From Prorocentrum cordatum (taxonomy: Eukaryota), in assembly GCA_963575745.1 (NCBI GenBank), contig CAUYUJ010000170.1, forward strand, positions 310,001 to 374,000: 64,000 bases of DNA, in the 5' to 3' direction. Position numbers and translations under genes: made by a program. This document shows positions 61,193-64,000 of the stretch, piece by piece. The notes beneath the pieces were generated by a model. It had not been told where the DNA came from, searched no databases, and saw only the letters and a list, made by a program, of their open reading frames with translations. Position 1 is the first letter of the stretch, and the number at the start of each line of letters is the position of its first letter.

Positions 61193-63660
61193 AAGGGGAT
61201 CCTTTTGTATTCCGCCACAAAAGAAACCTGTTATACTCCGCCACAAAAGGGGTTCCTTTGTATCCCGCTACAAATGGAAGCCCTTTGTACTCGGCCACAA
61301 CAAGAATCCTTTTGCATCCCGCCAGAAAAGAAATCCTTGTGTATTCCACCGCCAAAAAAATCAGTTGAACATCGCTACAAAAAAGAATCCCTTTGTATTC
61401 GGCCACAAGAAGAAATCTTTTGTACTCCGCCACAAAAAAAAATCCTTTGTGTTCCGCTACAAAAAGAATCCCGCTGTACTCGGCCACAAAATAAAATCTG
61501 TTGTATTCCGCCACAAAGGAAATTATGTTGTATACCGCCACACAAGGAACTCCTGTGTATTCCGCTACAAAAGAAAAATCCCTTTGCATTCGGCGACAAG
61601 GGGAATCCTATTGGAAGTAATGTACTAGTTGTAAATCATAGCCAGACACAGCTATCACATTTTATATATGTATATATATATATACATACATATTTTTGAA
61701 AATTTCCACGGCGAAAGACCCAACCATAAGCAATTGTTAATACCACAATTGTGGGCATCATCTTCGGTGGAGCTCCTTATGGGGCCACGAACCGTGTGAG
61801 GGGTGCGCCAAAATGGGGCGGGGCCGCCATGCGGACCCTGCCACTGGGGCCTTCGGTGGAACTCCCTATGGGGCCACGAACCGTGTGAGGGGTGCGCCAA
61901 AATGGGGCGGGGCCGCCATGCGGACCCTGCCACTGGGGCCTTCGGTGGAGCTCCCTATGGGGCCACGAACCGTGTGAGGGGTGCGCCAACATGGGGCGGG
62001 GCCGCCATGCGGACCCTGCCACTGGGGCCTTCGGTGGAGCTCCCTATGGGGCCACGAACCGTGTGAGGGGTGCGCCAAAATGCGGGGCCGCCATGCGGAC
62101 CCTGCCACTGGGGCCTTCGGTGGAGCTCCCTATGGGGCCACGAACCGTGTGAGGGGTGCGCCAAAATGCGGGGCCGCCATGCGGACCCTGCCACTGGGGC
62201 CTTCGGTGGAGCTCCCTATGGGGCCACGAACCGTGTGAGGGGTGCGCCAAAATGCGGGGCCGCCATGCGGACCCTGCACTGGGGCCTTCGGTGGAGCTCC
62301 CTATGGGGCCACGAACCGTGTGAGGGGTGCGCCCCAATGCGGGGCCGCCATGCGGACCCTGCCACTGGGGCCTTCGGTGGAGCTCCTTATGGGGCCACGA
62401 ACCGTGTGAGGGGCGGGCCACAATGCGGGGCCGCCATGCGGACCCTGCCACTGGGGCCTTCGGTGGAGCTCCCTATGGGGCCACGAACCGTGTGAGGGGT
62501 GCGCCCCAATGCGGTGCCGCCATGCGGACCCTGCTACTGGGACCGTCGGTGGAGCTCCCTATGGGGCCACGAACCGTGTGAGCGGTGCGCCAAAATGCGG
62601 TGCCGCCATGCGGACCCTGCCACTGGGGCCTTCGGTGGAGCTCCTTATGGGCCACGAACCGTGTGAGGGATGCGCCAAAATGCGGGGCCGCCATGCGGAC
62701 CCTGCCACTGGGGCCTTCGGTGGAGCTCCCTATGGGGCCACGGAACGCGTGAGGGATGTGCCGAAACAGAGACATGCGGAGGGCAGAGGCAAGGGGGAGG
62801 GAGGAGAGGGAAGGGGCAGCGGGAGGAAGGAAGAGGAACGCGGGGCACCGTCTCTTCAAAACGAGGACCCAACACCACAGGATGGTTGGGAACAAATGTT
62901 TTTCCTGGCCAGGCACAGCTATCACAGCATTTTTAATTCAAAATGTTAAGAAAATCATGACCAGGCACAGTTACCACCGCTTTTTGAATGATGTTCCAGC
63001 TATGGGAATGAATTTCAAGAAAAAAGCTGTAAAACACAGGGTTCACAAATATTTGTCATTCGATAATCAAAGAAAACCATGTGTTTTAACAGCGGATCAT
63101 TGAAATTAACTTCCATAATTGGAATACATATATATATATATATAAATTGTGATAGCTGTGCCTGGCCATGGTTTCCCAATATTTTTAATTAAAACTGCTG
63201 TGATAGCTGTGCCTGGCTATGGTTTTCTTAATGTTGTTTAATAAAAATGCTGTGATAGCTGTGCCTGACCATGGTTTTCATTTACTATAATAATGTCAAT
63301 AGGATCCCCTTTGTGGTGGAATACAAAGGAATTCCTTTTGTAGTGGAATACAAAGGGATTCCTTACGCGGCGGAATGCAAAAGAATTCCTTTTTGCGGCG
63401 GAATACAAAAAGATTTTCATTGTGACGGAAAACAAAAGGATTTCCTTTGTGGCCGAATACAAAGGAATTTCTTTTGTAGCGGAATACAAAGGGATTCCTT
63501 GTGTGGCGGAATACAAAAGAATTCCTTATGGCGGAATACAAAAGGATTTCCGTTATGGCGGAATACAAAAGGATCCCCTGCGTGGCCGAATACAAAGGGA
63601 TTCCTTTTGTAGCGGAATGCAAAGAGGATTTCCTTTGTAGCGGAATATAAAAGAATTCCG
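61193..63660. mobile_element. Foldback-like element with long modular inverted arms
   Basis: ~21-bp array (AAGGAATCCTTTGTATTCCGCCAC) at 61193-61610 and inverted at 63300-63660; inner CCAGGCACAGCTATCAC modules at 61641, 62909 and 62962, inverted at 63148-63270. Confidence 0.75.
61698..62896 (+). mobile_element. Satellite-carrying non-autonomous element, copy 2 (~11 x 86-89-bp units)
   Basis: Unit GCCGCCATGCGGACCCTGCCACTGGGGCCTTCGGTGGAGCTCCCTATGGGGCCACG…; same termini as copy 1. Confidence 0.8.
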
Positions 63661-64000
63661 AATTACAAATAAATGCATAGGGAGGGTGCCAAAAAAAACG
63701 CCAGGCTTATTTGGCACCCTCTATGGAATTGCACTTCTCTCAACGCTCCTGACTGTGCGACTGAGGCGAGCGCCGCCGCAAACATCACCCAGACTCGGGC
63801 CCTGGAAAACGCGAACAGAACACGCACGCGACGATGTTGGATTCGCCTCGCACAGAGATGAGGGACCAACCTTTAGACAATGGCATTTGGACACCAACCC
63901 CATCCAGACGCTTAGACGCATTCGCCCGGCAAACGAAAACCCGGCTGCAATGGGCGCGCGCTTGTAGGCGCGAACAATCGACATAGGTTTCGGCCCCCAT

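Noticed and set aside
61760..62770. CRISPR-like appearance of the 89-bp (and 103-bp) arrays
   Set aside because: Whole units repeat with no unique spacers; no cas genes; eukaryotic context

Overview
Eukaryotic, GC-rich, microsatellite- and repeat-saturated DNA with dinoflagellate-type gene architecture: GA/GC/GT donors, AG|G acceptors, tiny exons and multi-kb introns. Almost every ORF in the supplied track is a microsatellite or tandem-repeat artefact. Manual exon stitching recovers one minus-strand gene spanning most of the window, a U2 snRNP-associated SURP protein (U2SURP/SR140-like). Its RRM is split over exons at ~56.2, 52.8 and 45.8 kb, and its SURP domain plus downstream motif over exons at 37.5, 31.7, 21.3, 12.7 and 7.7 kb. 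The expected CID domain should lie left of the window. The introns and upstream region contain several MITE-like families and satellite-carrying elements with defined shared termini, one holding an apparent captured EF-hand fragment. They also contain a foldback-like element, decayed LINE/gag-like fragments, duplicated decoy copies of one exon acceptor, and a candidate introner in a plus-strand CCCH zinc-finger (pseudo)gene. There is a 100-N gap at 54387-54486. I recognised no rRNA, tRNA, CRISPR array or spliced-leader relic. All calls come from reading by eye; no searches were run.
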